Numbered from the stretch's first letter, positions 47,892 through 57,435 are shown. The stretch: 64,000 bases of DNA from Dehalococcoidia bacterium (GCA_046538235.1 JBKHJG010000003.1:41722-105721); one strand, 5' to 3'. Made by a program: numbers and translations. Notes: a model not told the origin generated them from the sequence alone.

Positions 47892-48244
47892 GGCTGCACC
47901 TCCTGGGCGTGGCGGGCGCGGACCAGGGCATCCATGGCGCGCTGGGCCCTGAAAACCTTGCGCTTGGCTTCTGACGGGTGGTCACCGACCTGGGGGAGGA
48001 AGCATCCCCCGACCTGCCGACAGAGGCTGGGGCAGTGCCCTGCGGCGTGGATCCGCTCACAGATTTCGCCGCGCCGGCGGTCCAGGCGGACACTGAACCG
48101 GCGACGCGCCCTTTCGGCGAGCTGGCGCCTGGACCGCCGCAGACCTGCCTCGCAATGATTGACGCGGCTGCAGATGCGCGGGCACTCAAGAGCGCCGCAG
48201 AGGCCAGGGGCGAGATGTGGGTAATGAAGCAATACCTGGGACAT
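47888..48244 (-). CDS. phage Arg/Cys-rich protein
   Basis: AAGGAGGTG-N5-ATG. 118 aa with 8 Cys. Confidence 0.5.
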   Translation of the reverse strand: MSQVLLHYPHLAPGLCGALECPRICSRVNHCEAGLRRSRRQLAERARRRFSVRLDRRRGEICERIHAAGHCPSLCRQVGGCFLPQVGDHPSEAKRKVFRAQRAMDALVRARHAQEVQP

Positions 48245-49227
48245 GGAGCACCTCCTTGCGCAGGCACGCCGGGGCGGCCGACATGCCTGCTGTTTCTTTC
48301 TCCCAGGTTGCTATACCCGGCCCGAAGGGCGAAAAGCCCGGGAAGAGGGTAAAGCAAGGGCGGAGCCGACAGGCGACGGGAGGGTTGCGCGCATCGAGGG
48401 ACGGCGGTTTCTTGCCCCTCTCTCCTACAAAAAACCGACGGAACTTGAGCCGCAACTCGCGCCGGCCAAGGGATGGGCCCCTGGCCAAGCGACCCGCAGG
48501 GCCGACGAACCCTTGCTCCGTGGGAGATCGACGGCCGAGCGCTCGCGAGCGGTGACGGACCGGCGACAAGCCGGGGACCAGGGCTAAGCAAGCACCGAGA
48601 CGAAGCGAGCGCGGGCATGAAACAATAGGGAAAGCAGCAGGCATAAACAGGGGCTGGCCCGCGAAGCCGCGAGGCCTATCTGCGCCTGCGGCGCTTCGGC
48701 GCAGTCCAGCGTGGCGCCGTCTCCGGCCGGAACGGCCCTGCCGCAGCCGGCCCTTTCGGCGCCGGCAAGGCCCGGAGCGAACCGCCCTGCGCCGAACTCT
48801 GCCTCACCCTTTCGGCGCTGCGGTGAGCGACCTCGCCGACCCGGCTGGCCGGGTCCACGGAGGCTGAAAAGGGGCAAGAGTAGAACGCGGCGAAAGCGGA
48901 CGTCTCCTTGCCCTGGCGCCTTTCGCCGGCGGGCCCTCAAGGCATAGGCCGTGAACCCGGGAACGAGCTATGCCTCCCTTCGCAGCAGGCGGCCTTCTGG
49001 CCTGGTGCGACCGCCGGCGCCCTCCGCAAAGGTGAAGGAGCGGACGCCGCCGCCCACCCTGTGCGCCCCTTTTGAGCTGTAGCGGTACGGGTACCTGTAC
49101 GCGAAGCGAGCACTGGCCGGCGTAACGGATTTTCTTCCTTATTGCTCCCCGACGGCCGGGCGAGCTGAGCTGCGCGTGTGCGGGCGGAGGGGGGTGGTGC
49201 GTGGGGAAAAAAGAGAGGGCCGACGGA

Positions 49228-49521
49228 TCAACCGCTGGCCTCGTTTACGATGCGCACATGGTACAGCCATGAGCGCCGGCCGCGCACAAAGCCCTGCAGC
49301 ACGCGCCACCACTGCTCGGCCGAGCCGAACCCGCTGTACCGCACGAATGGCCGCAGGTCATCGACGGACCGGACCTCGCCGAGCTTGCGCCTGTAGCACC
49401 GACCGACGCCATCGACCCATACGTGAGCACACGACATGTCATAGCCGCGCGCCGTGTAAACCTGGCCGTGCCGCAGCAAGCACTCACGCACGCACCGAAC
49501 CGAAAACTGTATTTTCTTCAT
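49228..49521 (-). CDS. phage small protein
   Basis: AAGGAGGTG-N6-ATG at MKKIQFS, an internal start of the track ORF. 97 aa. Confidence 0.5.
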   Translation of the reverse strand: MKKIQFSVRCVRECLLRHGQVYTARGYDMSCAHVWVDGVGRCYRRKLGEVRSVDDLRPFVRYSGFGSAEQWWRVLQGFVRGRRSWLYHVRIVNEASG

Positions 49522-49711
49522 GACTGCACCTCCTTTTCGCCCCTGGGTAGCAGCCGCCCTTGTTGTCAAGGCGTTTACAGCGCCCTTCGGTCCCTCCGCG
49601 TGCCTTGACAACCTCCTGGCTGCTATAACCCTTAGAAGGAGGTGCAGCATAGAAAATGCTCGGGTGCGTGCGCTTGCGGCGGCACGGCGGTGGGGCGCGG
49701 GTGGGTCCCTC

Positions 49712-49902
49712 CGGGTGGGCACCTGACAGGCCTGAAGCACGCCTGGCTTCTATGGAGCTGGGGTGGTGCGGTGAGGGGTGGGGCGACTGATCCGGGCCAG
49801 GCGATGCCGGGAGGGCCTGTCTTTGGTGCAGGCGGTGAGGGGTTGACGTCGGGTGGGCACCGGAGAAGCGCGAAGCTGGCTTCTCTTTGGTGCAGGTGGT
49901 GG
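49712..49902. repeat. two roughly 130-bp imperfect direct repeat units (GGGTGGGCACC...CTGGCTTCT...CTTTGGTGCAGGYGGTG)
   Basis: GGGTGGGCACC occurs at about 49713 and 49841. CTGGCTTCT occurs at about 49743 and 49876. CTTTGGTGCAGG(C/T)GGTG occurs at about 49820 and 49885. The region is non-coding. Confidence 0.6.
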
Positions 49903-50400
49903 CCGGCCGCGGCCCGGCGGGCTGACTTCAGCGCCGTTGCGGTGCGACGGGACGGGAAGAACGACGGGCGAACATGCCGGGCGCGATCATGACGGCGGCG
50001 TGGCTGGAAGGCCGACGGGGCGCGGGCCGGCGCGGCGACGCACGGTAGCGGTGACGATGACGATCGGTGACGGTGGCGGTAACGGTAGCGCTGACGGAAC
50101 GAGTGTGGTGGTGGTGTGGTGGTGGTGGTGTGGTACGGAGGCGGTGGCAAGATAACAAACCGACGAGGGCGGGCGCCCCTGCCTCGAGGCGGCGGGCGTG
50201 ACGAGCGGAGCCGTCGGGCCGAACCCAGCGATGAGTAGCGAGCCGGCCGCCGCCGTCGCCCGCCCGAAGCCTGCGGCGGCGTAGCCGACGCCCTGGATGA
50301 CCCGATTGACCCAGGTGACTGCGGGCTGACACGAAGATGACCCTTCGGAAGATGACCGTTGGGAAGAGGTGTGGTGTGGGGGCCCGGGAGACCTTCCCGA

Positions 50401-50709
50401 TTAGGCCGGGTGACTGGGTTGGCTTGGTGAGTGCCCTTGCTGAGTGGGTGTGGTTGGTGTGGTGTGTGGATGGTGCTGGGGAAGGGGTAGCTGAGCGCCG
50501 TGCTTCTTGGCCTCATGGACCATGCGGCGTGTCCAGGGTGATTGCCTTGCGAGGTGTTGTGCTTCGGCGAGGGTGTAGGTGATGGCTTGGCTTGGTGTGT
50601 CGGCCAGGTAGGAGTCGTCGAGGACGAACCAGACCTCGTCGTCGAAGTAGGTGGCTTTGAAGCAGTTAGGGTTTGCGGGCGTTGCGGTGTTCAAGTTGAT
50701 CGAGTTCAT
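50401..50709 (-). CDS. phage hypothetical protein
   Basis: The N-terminal 70 aa are protein-like. The C-terminus runs into low-complexity sequence, so the exact end is doubtful. Confidence 0.35.
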   Translation of the reverse strand: MNSINLNTATPANPNCFKATYFDDEVWFVLDDSYLADTPSQAITYTLAEAQHLARQSPWTRRMVHEAKKHGAQLPLPQHHPHTTPTTPTQQGHSPSQPSHPA

Positions 50710-50911
50710 GGATGAGCGCTTTGAGTTTCGCCGGGATCCTTTTGGTTGGCGCTGCGTAGGTTGATGACTTCTGTTTGAAGTAGCGGCTTTGTGTGACGCT
50801 CTTGGCGATCCGCATCTTTAGGTCGTTGATGCGTGTTTGGATTTGGGGGTTTGTCTGAGCGTTGTGTTTGTTTGACTCCCCCTGTTTGTGTTTGGGTCCT
50901 CTTGTTGTCAA
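50666..50911 (-). CDS. phage basic hypothetical protein
   Basis: 81 aa, Lys/Arg-rich. Confidence 0.35.
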   Translation of the reverse strand: MTTRGPKHKQGESNKHNAQTNPQIQTRINDLKMRIAKSVTQSRYFKQKSSTYAAPTKRIPAKLKALIHELDQLEHRNARKP

Positions 50912-51164
50912 GGCGGTTGTATTCTCCAGGGGGGTGTCAGAGTTCGGGCGCGAATTGGAGGCAGTGGAGGCAGATGGTGCCGACGCGGCGCCAGCGGCGG
51001 TTGATGCGGACGTAGCAGGCCTTGACGTCGCCCTTCCGGATCCGGGGGTTGGTCCTGGAACGGGGCGCCCTGGGGCAGAGGTAGTGAGGCTGGAGCTTCA
51101 TAAGTTGAAGGTATACCATAAGGGCGCTGGTTGGCAAACGCCGGCGTTTTTTTCGGAAAACGAG

Positions 51165-53219
51165 TCATCGGGCCCCCAGGGTGAGGGTGTGCTGGTAGCG
51201 TGGCCGGCGCCGGTCCAGGGCGATCCGATCGCCGAGGACGCGAAACTTGCGGGCTGATATGCCGCAGCGAGGGTCCGTGACGTCGATGACGTCGTAGGGT
51301 TCCAGGCCGACGTTGGCAGGGGTGGTGATGGCGGCGGGGGTGGCCTGGAGCTCGGCCAGCCGGAGGATGGCCAGGGCCCTCTCCTCCAGGCGGGCGATGA
51401 CGTCCAGGTTGGGGTCGTAGGCCTGCTCGAGGATATCGATGCCGTCGTGCAGTAGATCCCAGTCGAACTCGTCGTGGACCAGCCGGTCGGCGGAGGCGTC
51501 CCTGCCCAGGGCCCGGGCGCGGGACAGGGTGACAGCATGGCGGTAGCTGCCCTGGAAGATGCGGTGGGCGTCGGGGCCGTAGCTGTAGGCGGAGGCCTCG
51601 GTGGGGCGGGGGTCCTTGGTCTGCGCCAGGCCTCCGGGCAGAAACATGAGTCGGTCGGGGACCAGGGCCAGGAGGCGCCTGAGGACCGTATCGCCGGCCG
51701 TGCCCGGGGTTATGGTAAAGTCGGGGTAGAAGTTATCGATGGCCGAGGAGCGGGGCTGCGGGGGGTCGGTGGTGAGACGGAGTCCTACCCGCGCCAGGAC
51801 GCGGTACATGATCTGCCAGACGCTGCGGGGGGAGCTGGCGTCCTTATTCCAGCGGAGCTGATGCCTGGGGGTCCAGGACCGGAGCAGGCCCCAGCCGTCG
51901 GTGGCGGTGATGATAAACAGGGACCGCCCGGGGCCGTGGGTGTACTCCCAGGACTCGATCCACAGGGTGGCGAAGTCGAGGGTCTCGTCTCCGGCACTGG
52001 TCCGGTAGCCGAGCTCGAGATCGAGCCGGGCGCGAAAGCGAAGCGAAGCCAGGGCGCCGGCGCCGGGGGTCGAATACTGGCCTTTGGAGTTGTTGAGCTC
52101 CAGGCCGAGGGTGCCCGGGCGGTTTACTGTCAATGAGGTTATATCCGGGCTGAGGTCGATGGCGGCCATGGGCGCCCTGGCGGCCCTCCACACTCCGGAG
52201 GGCATCTCCATCCACCAATAGGCGGACGTGGTTGCGAGCCTGAGGCCGTAGTCGGGGGCGATATCCAGGAGCGGCGCCGGCTCGGTGAAGGTGGTGTCGG
52301 TCCAGTCCGTCCCCGGGACCACGTGGCAGGCCAGGGGACGGGTGTAGGCGGTTGTGCCGGCGAACTTCTCGGTCAGGGTGACGCGAGACGTCTCGTAGGA
52401 CTGGGCGGAGGCCGGCAGGTGCACGTCGGGGTAGTGGAAGGTGAGGTCCTCTCCGTCGGGGGCCATGAGGAAGCTCTCCAGGGCTCCGAAGGACCAGAGG
52501 TCGCTAAACCAGGTGCGGAACAGGTTGTGGTGGTTGTAGGGGCTGGCCGACTGCTTGCCGGCGAACACGATGTTGCAGCGGGGCCCGGAGGAATCGTAGG
52601 TGGCTCCGATGCCGTAGGTGTTGGTGATGACGATGGGCTCGGGAGGCGTGTAGGACTTGACCTTCTGGCTGGTGACCTGGGTGTCGGTATCGAGGCGGAT
52701 GCCGTTGATCTCGTCGGCCTTGAGGGCGAAGCAGATGACCGTGCTGGACGTGCCCCACCAGCAGGCGGCCAGGGAGAGCACGTCGGCATAGTCGACCAGG
52801 AGCTCGTCGTCCCAGTTGCTGCCGTAGTCGTGGGTGTAGATCTTGATGATGGCGTTGGGGTAGGGGATATAGCTGGAGGTGGTGCGGCAGAAGATGTAGA
52901 CCCGGGACCCGGAGGCTGTGATGGCGCAGGGGCCCTCGCACTCGGTGAGGACCAGCTCCCAGGTTGAGTAGTTGGACGTCGGGCCGGGGTTGGTGATCCT
53001 CTGGCGGTAGAGGTTGGTGCCGTCCACGCGGAGCCGCCACATGGCGCCCTGGTCATCGAAGGCGATATCGTGCTGGCCCTGGGCCTCGGTACCGGAGTAA
53101 AGCCTCTCCCAGGACAGCCTCTTGACGCCCTGGTACAGGTCCGAGACGGTGGCCTTGACGCAGGGCAGCCGGTGCGGGCTTTTCTGGGCTGCCTCGAGGG
53201 TGGGGGTGAGCGTTTTCAT
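51165..53219 (-). CDS. large virion-associated protein (candidate tail/host-recognition or other structural protein)
   Basis: 684 aa. It is the last large gene of the morphogenesis operon. No Walker motifs. Beta-rich. Confidence 0.5.
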   Translation of the reverse strand: MKTLTPTLEAAQKSPHRLPCVKATVSDLYQGVKRLSWERLYSGTEAQGQHDIAFDDQGAMWRLRVDGTNLYRQRITNPGPTSNYSTWELVLTECEGPCAITASGSRVYIFCRTTSSYIPYPNAIIKIYTHDYGSNWDDELLVDYADVLSLAACWWGTSSTVICFALKADEINGIRLDTDTQVTSQKVKSYTPPEPIVITNTYGIGATYDSSGPRCNIVFAGKQSASPYNHHNLFRTWFSDLWSFGALESFLMAPDGEDLTFHYPDVHLPASAQSYETSRVTLTEKFAGTTAYTRPLACHVVPGTDWTDTTFTEPAPLLDIAPDYGLRLATTSAYWWMEMPSGVWRAARAPMAAIDLSPDITSLTVNRPGTLGLELNNSKGQYSTPGAGALASLRFRARLDLELGYRTSAGDETLDFATLWIESWEYTHGPGRSLFIITATDGWGLLRSWTPRHQLRWNKDASSPRSVWQIMYRVLARVGLRLTTDPPQPRSSAIDNFYPDFTITPGTAGDTVLRRLLALVPDRLMFLPGGLAQTKDPRPTEASAYSYGPDAHRIFQGSYRHAVTLSRARALGRDASADRLVHDEFDWDLLHDGIDILEQAYDPNLDVIARLEERALAILRLAELQATPAAITTPANVGLEPYDVIDVTDPRCGISARKFRVLGDRIALDRRRPRYQHTLTLGAR

Positions 53220-53253
53220 GCGTTAATAACGTTAATAACTCCCTTTTCCGCTC

Positions 53254-53508
53254 TTACCTTAGGAAGGAGATGATAGCGGCGGCGATGGTGATCCAGGCCA
53301 GGGCTCCCAGGGCGCGGCCGGCCATGTAGTAGTGGTGCTCGGAGACGATCTCCCTCTTGAGCTCGCAGAGGATCTCCTTGTGGCGCGGGGGCCAGGGGCA
53401 GAGGACCTCACAGAGTCCCTGGACCAGGGCATGCCACTCCTCGTGCCTGTCCAGGAAGTGACGGGGCTCGATGCCTCTGAGAAATCCCCTGGGCTGTTGG
53501 TAGCTCAT
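53254..53508 (-). CDS. phage small protein with C-terminal hydrophobic helix
   Basis: 84 aa ending in WITIAAAIISFLR. Confidence 0.45.
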   Translation of the reverse strand: MSYQQPRGFLRGIEPRHFLDRHEEWHALVQGLCEVLCPWPPRHKEILCELKREIVSEHHYYMAGRALGALAWITIAAAIISFLR

Positions 53509-53511
53509 TTC

Positions 53512-53700
53512 CTATTCCGTGGGCTCCCCCGGCAGGATGGGGAGCGGGCGGTCGTAGCCGAGGTCGCGGAGGGCCTGCAGGTGTACCAGGGCTTCGATGG
53601 CCAGCTTGACGGCTTCTCTCCTGTCGTCGGGGTCATACTGCGGTCCTCCGCATAGCAGGTCTGTGAGGATTTCGATTGCTTTATCTAGTCTCATATTCAC
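53512..53700 (-). CDS. phage small protein
   Basis: 62 aa. It overlaps the upstream gene. Confidence 0.4.
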   Translation of the reverse strand: MNMRLDKAIEILTDLLCGGPQYDPDDRREAVKLAIEALVHLQALRDLGYDRPLPILPGEPTE

Positions 53701-54565
53701 CTTCCTTGCCTCCCTTCGGCATCTCCTGCCTCAAATGGTGTAGCGGGAATCCAGTAGCATCGCAATAGAACGGATAATAGCCAGCGATGTCTGGACTTTC
53801 CCCGAGATTATCCTTCAGGAACACCGGGACGCTCGCCTGGTCCGCGGCCTCGACGATCTCGGTGATCCACTCGACCTTCGGCGTGGTGGCCTTCCGTACT
53901 GGGGTCTGCTGGCCTATGATGATCCAGTCCACGGGTCTATCTGAGATCGAATACTCGATTGCCCGGAAGACCTCACCATCCCAATCCAGAAGAGGCTCTA
54001 CCGATATGAACTTCACCTTTGCATCGACCTCATGCAGCCAGTTATGTGCGTCGATGAAATGCAGCGTATCAGTCGCCGTCACCCCGACCCAGCAGTTCTC
54101 AGGAAAGCTCCACGTGATAAGGTTCTGCGGCTGCTTCGTCAAGAGATAGAAGCGGTCCATCGGATCACTCGTGATATAGTCAAAAATCTCCTGCTGCCAC
54201 TCTTCGGGCACCCAATCACCAAAGAGCTCACCCATGTCGCAAACAAAAATCCCCTTTGGCTTTCTACCGCTCAGACTGTCCCACCAAGCACCAGAAGGCT
54301 TGATATCCTCCAACCTCTCTTCCCAGAACCGAGGATAGAAGGGGTCAGTAACGGCTGCGTTCCAGACATCACTACTCGGAGCGAGGACGCCGCCCAATGT
54401 GTACCTCGTCCTCAGCCGTCCATGCGCCAGCCTATGAGCATAGCACGGGAAGCCCCCACCTTTACAAAGGCCGTTGACATGGTTCAGGCAGCCGGTGATA
54501 GGATTCCAAGTGTAGCCCTGGCTGCCATCAGGGTTCTTTACCCACTCGATTAATGTTTTGTTCAC
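53681..54565 (-). CDS. phage Gp37/Gp68-family protein (DUF5131)
   Basis: IEWVKNPDGSQGYTWNPITGCLNHVNGLCKGGGFPCYAHRLA matches the Gp37/Gp68 N-terminal Cys cluster. Confidence 0.65.
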   Translation of the reverse strand: MNKTLIEWVKNPDGSQGYTWNPITGCLNHVNGLCKGGGFPCYAHRLAHGRLRTRYTLGGVLAPSSDVWNAAVTDPFYPRFWEERLEDIKPSGAWWDSLSGRKPKGIFVCDMGELFGDWVPEEWQQEIFDYITSDPMDRFYLLTKQPQNLITWSFPENCWVGVTATDTLHFIDAHNWLHEVDAKVKFISVEPLLDWDGEVFRAIEYSISDRPVDWIIIGQQTPVRKATTPKVEWITEIVEAADQASVPVFLKDNLGESPDIAGYYPFYCDATGFPLHHLRQEMPKGGKEGEYETR

Positions 54566-54753
54566 TTCTCCTGCTCGGTCTCGCCTGGGAGTGGATCTGA
54601 GGTAGTAAGGGGATAGGGCAAAGTTCGGTCAGCATTGACTCGCTTCAGCGCCTCAATGCCCAGCAACATCGCCTTAGCGTATTTGTGGTAAAACCCTTGT
54701 GCAACTATTGCCTGGTGTAGTTTTAACTCCTTAATGGCTTCTTCTAGTGTCAT
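54562..54753 (-). CDS. phage small protein
   Basis: An internal ATG (MTLEEAIKELK) follows GGAAGGAGAA. The ATGA overlaps the stop of the upstream gene. Confidence 0.45.
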   Translation of the reverse strand: MTLEEAIKELKLHQAIVAQGFYHKYAKAMLLGIEALKRVNADRTLPYPLTTSDPLPGETEQEK

Positions 54754-55007
54754 TGCTGTTTGTTCTCCTTCCTGTGCATGTATGTACGCTCGCCGAAGTA
54801 CCACAATATACAGGGGATGGCCAGGCTGATGAACCAGGGCGGGGGCTCGATCTCCGCCAGGACGGCGCCGGCGATGGTGCCGGCGAATATGACGGTGACG
54901 ATGGGCCGGGTGGCTGCCCTGGCCGTCTCGGCGACTGCGTTTTGCCGCGCCAGAGGGCACTGAGAGGCCGAGGGCGGCCCCTGTTTTGCCTGGGCCGTGT
55001 CTTTCAT
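54750..55007 (-). CDS. phage small membrane protein (2 TM; holin-like topology)
   Basis: 85 aa with two hydrophobic helices. ATGA coupling occurs at both ends. Confidence 0.45.
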   Translation of the reverse strand: MKDTAQAKQGPPSASQCPLARQNAVAETARAATRPIVTVIFAGTIAGAVLAEIEPPPWFISLAIPCILWYFGERTYMHRKENKQQ

Positions 55008-55321
55008 GCCAGGTCCTTGAGGGTTTCCGGGACCTCCCTGTCGGCCTTGCGGTAGTGGTTGGCCAGGTGCCTGGCGGCTCGGGCCTTCTGCTCGCTGGGG
55101 GCCTCCACCTGCTGCCCGCGGTGTCCGCCCGGGCTGAGGGCGGCGACTGCTGCCGGCATGCGGTCCCAGTCCACGGTGGCCTCGATATCGAGGCGGCCTC
55201 TGAGGGCCCGCCAGATTGACCTGGTGTGATGGGGGAGCTTCCAGGTGTCGGGATCCCGGGCGTCTCCCACTATGGCGAAGGCCTGCCGGGGTAGCCCTTC
55301 CTTGCTTAGCTGCTCGCTCAT
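55004..55321 (-). CDS. phage protein, paralog A of tandem pair
   Basis: It shares HHTR...IDWEAMPAA.AAL...EQ...AARHLA.HY..A.R.VP.TL with 55329..55541. Confidence 0.5.
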   Translation of the reverse strand: MSEQLSKEGLPRQAFAIVGDARDPDTWKLPHHTRSIWRALRGRLDIEATVDWDRMPAAVAALSPGGHRGQQVEAPSEQKARAARHLANHYRKADREVPETLKDLA

Positions 55322-55328
55322 TTGGGTC

Positions 55329-55541
55329 CTATGTCATGGCGGCCAGGGTGGCCGGGATCGGCCTGCCGGCGTTGTGGTAGTGCCGGGCCAGGTGCCGGGC
55401 TACCGCCAGGCGCTGCTCGGGACTGGCCGGTACGGGCGGCCGGGTGTAGGACCCGCGCAGAGCTGCGATGGCGGAGGGCATGGCCTCCCAGTCGATGGCC
55501 CCTTTCCTGGTGTGGTGCGGATAGTTCCTTAGCTCGCTCAT
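55329..55541 (-). CDS. phage protein, paralog B of tandem pair
   Basis: See 55004..55321. Confidence 0.5.
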   Translation of the reverse strand: MSELRNYPHHTRKGAIDWEAMPSAIAALRGSYTRPPVPASPEQRLAVARHLARHYHNAGRPIPATLAAMT

Positions 55542-55551
55542 TTTATGCTCC

Positions 55552-55761
55552 TTAAGGCGTGAATACTGCTATGATGACGGCATCCCTGGGGTTATGGCGT
55601 GGCAGGGCGAGGATGACGTGGCGGCCGGCGACCATCTCACCGGCCGCGATGTTCCTGGCCACGGGCACGGCGTCGAAGTAGGTGCTGGTGGACGACACGA
55701 GCTGGACCTCCGCGGTATGGGTCCCGCTGTCGAAGCCCTTGAGTATGCCCACTTCCAGCAT
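55552..55761 (-). CDS. phage small structural protein (head-tail adaptor region)
   Basis: 69 aa. Placed by position between the capsid gene and downstream genes. Confidence 0.4.
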   Translation of the reverse strand: MLEVGILKGFDSGTHTAEVQLVSSTSTYFDAVPVARNIAAGEMVAGRHVILALPRHNPRDAVIIAVFTP

Positions 55762-55765
55762 TTGA

Positions 55766-56359
55766 CTACTCCTCTACGTACAGGTCGCGGGTGCGGACGC
55801 GGCTGGACCAGGCGATGCGCTTGAGCTCGGCCTTGTACTGCTGGAGGCGCTCCTTGCCCCAGTCGCGGTAGTTGATGGTGGCCCTGTCGCCGGACATGGT
55901 GGCACGGTCCACGGTATAGGCGGAGATGGACATGGCCAGGTAGCCGGTGGTGCCCAGGATAATGATCTCCGCGTGCTCCTCGGGGATGGTAGTGCTGGTG
56001 GTGGTAACCTCATGGCGCTTGGTCCAGCGGACGCGGGCGTCGCTAACTCCATCTCCCTCGGAGGTCATGGTGAGGTGGCCGGCCCAGTAGTTGAAGCGCT
56101 GGTAGTAGGGCGGCGACTGGTCCACGGGGTACTCGACGGAGAGGACCTTAATGAGGGCGGTGAGGCTGGAGATGTCGATCTCGCGGCTGGAGGCGGTGGT
56201 GGCGACGTCGTCCTGCTGCTCGATGGGCGCGCGGAGGGAATACTCGTCGACGACGCGCAGAAGCATATTCTCGATGTCGTTGTCGGACCACAGCTGCTGC
56301 GCCGGGTCGGTGTCCATGAGATCTTCCCGGACCCTTTCTCTGAGCTCGTTGAGGTTCAT
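55766..56359 (-). CDS. putative head-tail connector / head completion protein
   Basis: 197 aa immediately downstream of the major capsid gene. Identified by gene order only. Confidence 0.4.
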   Translation of the reverse strand: MNLNELRERVREDLMDTDPAQQLWSDNDIENMLLRVVDEYSLRAPIEQQDDVATTASSREIDISSLTALIKVLSVEYPVDQSPPYYQRFNYWAGHLTMTSEGDGVSDARVRWTKRHEVTTTSTTIPEEHAEIIILGTTGYLAMSISAYTVDRATMSGDRATINYRDWGKERLQQYKAELKRIAWSSRVRTRDLYVEE

Positions 56360-56493
56360 GCTTTAGCTCTCCTTTCTGTCGACCTTGTCCGAGGGGGAAT
56401 GGGGGAGGGTGGGTCGATGGCACCCTCCCCCTGCGACAAAGGAGGTGCGGAAAGGACCCGCCAGGGGGCGGTCAGGTCCCTGGCAGGCCGGCA

Positions 56494-57435
56494 TTAGTCG
56501 GTCACTCCTATGAGGGCTGCCCTGGCCACGACATTGAAGTCCACCAGGGAGCAGTACCACTTGAGGCGGTGCCTGGTGGCGTCCTTGGTCTCCAGGGTGC
56601 CCACGCGCTCGATCTGTATGCCCTGGTTGGTGGCCCCGCAGACGGCGCCCTCGCCGAAGCGGAGGGCATAGATGGTGCTGCAGGTCCCGCCGGTGACGGC
56701 CGTCTCGTAGCCGGACGTGAGGACGTGGGTGTCGAGGATCCAGTCGTTGATGGCAACGGGGATGCCGTTCCACAGCTGGATGAAGTTGCCCCACTGGTCA
56801 CGGTCCGTCTCGATGGCGAAGCCGGCCGCCCGGGCCAGCTCGTTCATCTTGCGGCGGCTGCGCCGGCTCATCATGAGGATATCGGGCTTGCCGCCCTTGA
56901 CGGCGTCTATGAGGTGGTCCACCTTGGAGAAGGTGAGGGTCCCGCCGGTGCCGCCCATGGTGACCACCTGGTCGCTGGGCCCGCCGGTCGCTATGAGCTT
57001 GACCAGGCCGTCGAAGGCGTTGGCGTCGACGGTCTGGCCGGTGAGGTATGTGGCGGTGGTACCGTAGACCAGGGTTCTCTCGAACTCGTGCCTGAGGGAC
57101 TTGGCGGCCAGCTCGAGGACTGCAGCCTCGATATCCTGGATGTTAGACCGGGTCTGCCTTATGAAGTTATCCAGGTCGGCGTCGCGGCCGAGGATGGAGA
57201 GGGTGGCGGTGAGCGGGTCGAACTCGGGAGCGGTGGGCTGGTCCCAGGTGCCCAGGGGCGGGAACCACTTGGCGGCGGCCAGGGCCTTCTCCCTGTTGTA
57301 GGTGAGGCCGTTGCCCTCGATCTCGATGAAGGGCGTGACCTGGAGTATGGGGCTCTCCTTGAGGATGGTCTCGATGACGCCTCTCAAGAGGACGTCGTTG
57401 GTGAGCTTTGCTGATTCGGCTAGTGTTAAAGCCAT
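56494..57435 (-). CDS. putative major capsid protein
   Basis: 313 aa. The N-terminus (MALTLAESAKLTNDVLLRGVIE) is typical of phage major capsid proteins. It directly follows the scaffold gene, with the ATG overlapping the scaffold stop. Confidence 0.6.
   Translation of the reverse strand: MALTLAESAKLTNDVLLRGVIETILKESPILQVTPFIEIEGNGLTYNREKALAAAKWFPPLGTWDQPTAPEFDPLTATLSILGRDADLDNFIRQTRSNIQDIEAAVLELAAKSLRHEFERTLVYGTTATYLTGQTVDANAFDGLVKLIATGGPSDQVVTMGGTGGTLTFSKVDHLIDAVKGGKPDILMMSRRSRRKMNELARAAGFAIETDRDQWGNFIQLWNGIPVAINDWILDTHVLTSGYETAVTGGTCSTIYALRFGEGAVCGATNQGIQIERVGTLETKDATRHRLKWYCSLVDFNVVARAALIGVTD

Noticed and set aside
47605-48618. 337-aa minus-strand ORF
   Set aside because: The Arg/Pro/Ala low-complexity translation overlaps genuine RBS-led genes in another frame. 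Only its last 33 codons, a TM peptide, look real.
50035-50150. Possible CRISPR array or microsatellite
   Set aside because: It is a GT-rich simple sequence ((GGTG)/(GTGGT) runs) without regularly spaced identical repeats and unique spacers. It is not CRISPR.
48186-50516. Several 100-300 aa ORFs on both strands (48186..48644, 48584..48940, 49632..50516, 49853..50155, 49928..50332)
   Set aside because: All are low-complexity (R/P/A/G/H-rich) with no RBS. The region is interpreted as non-coding GC-rich DNA carrying repeats.
52323-53056. Alternative-frame ORFs inside the 684-aa gene (plus 214 aa, minus 227 and 178 aa)
   Set aside because: They are nested in the 51165..53219 CDS, whose own translation is protein-like. 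The alternatives are Gly/Pro/Arg runs.
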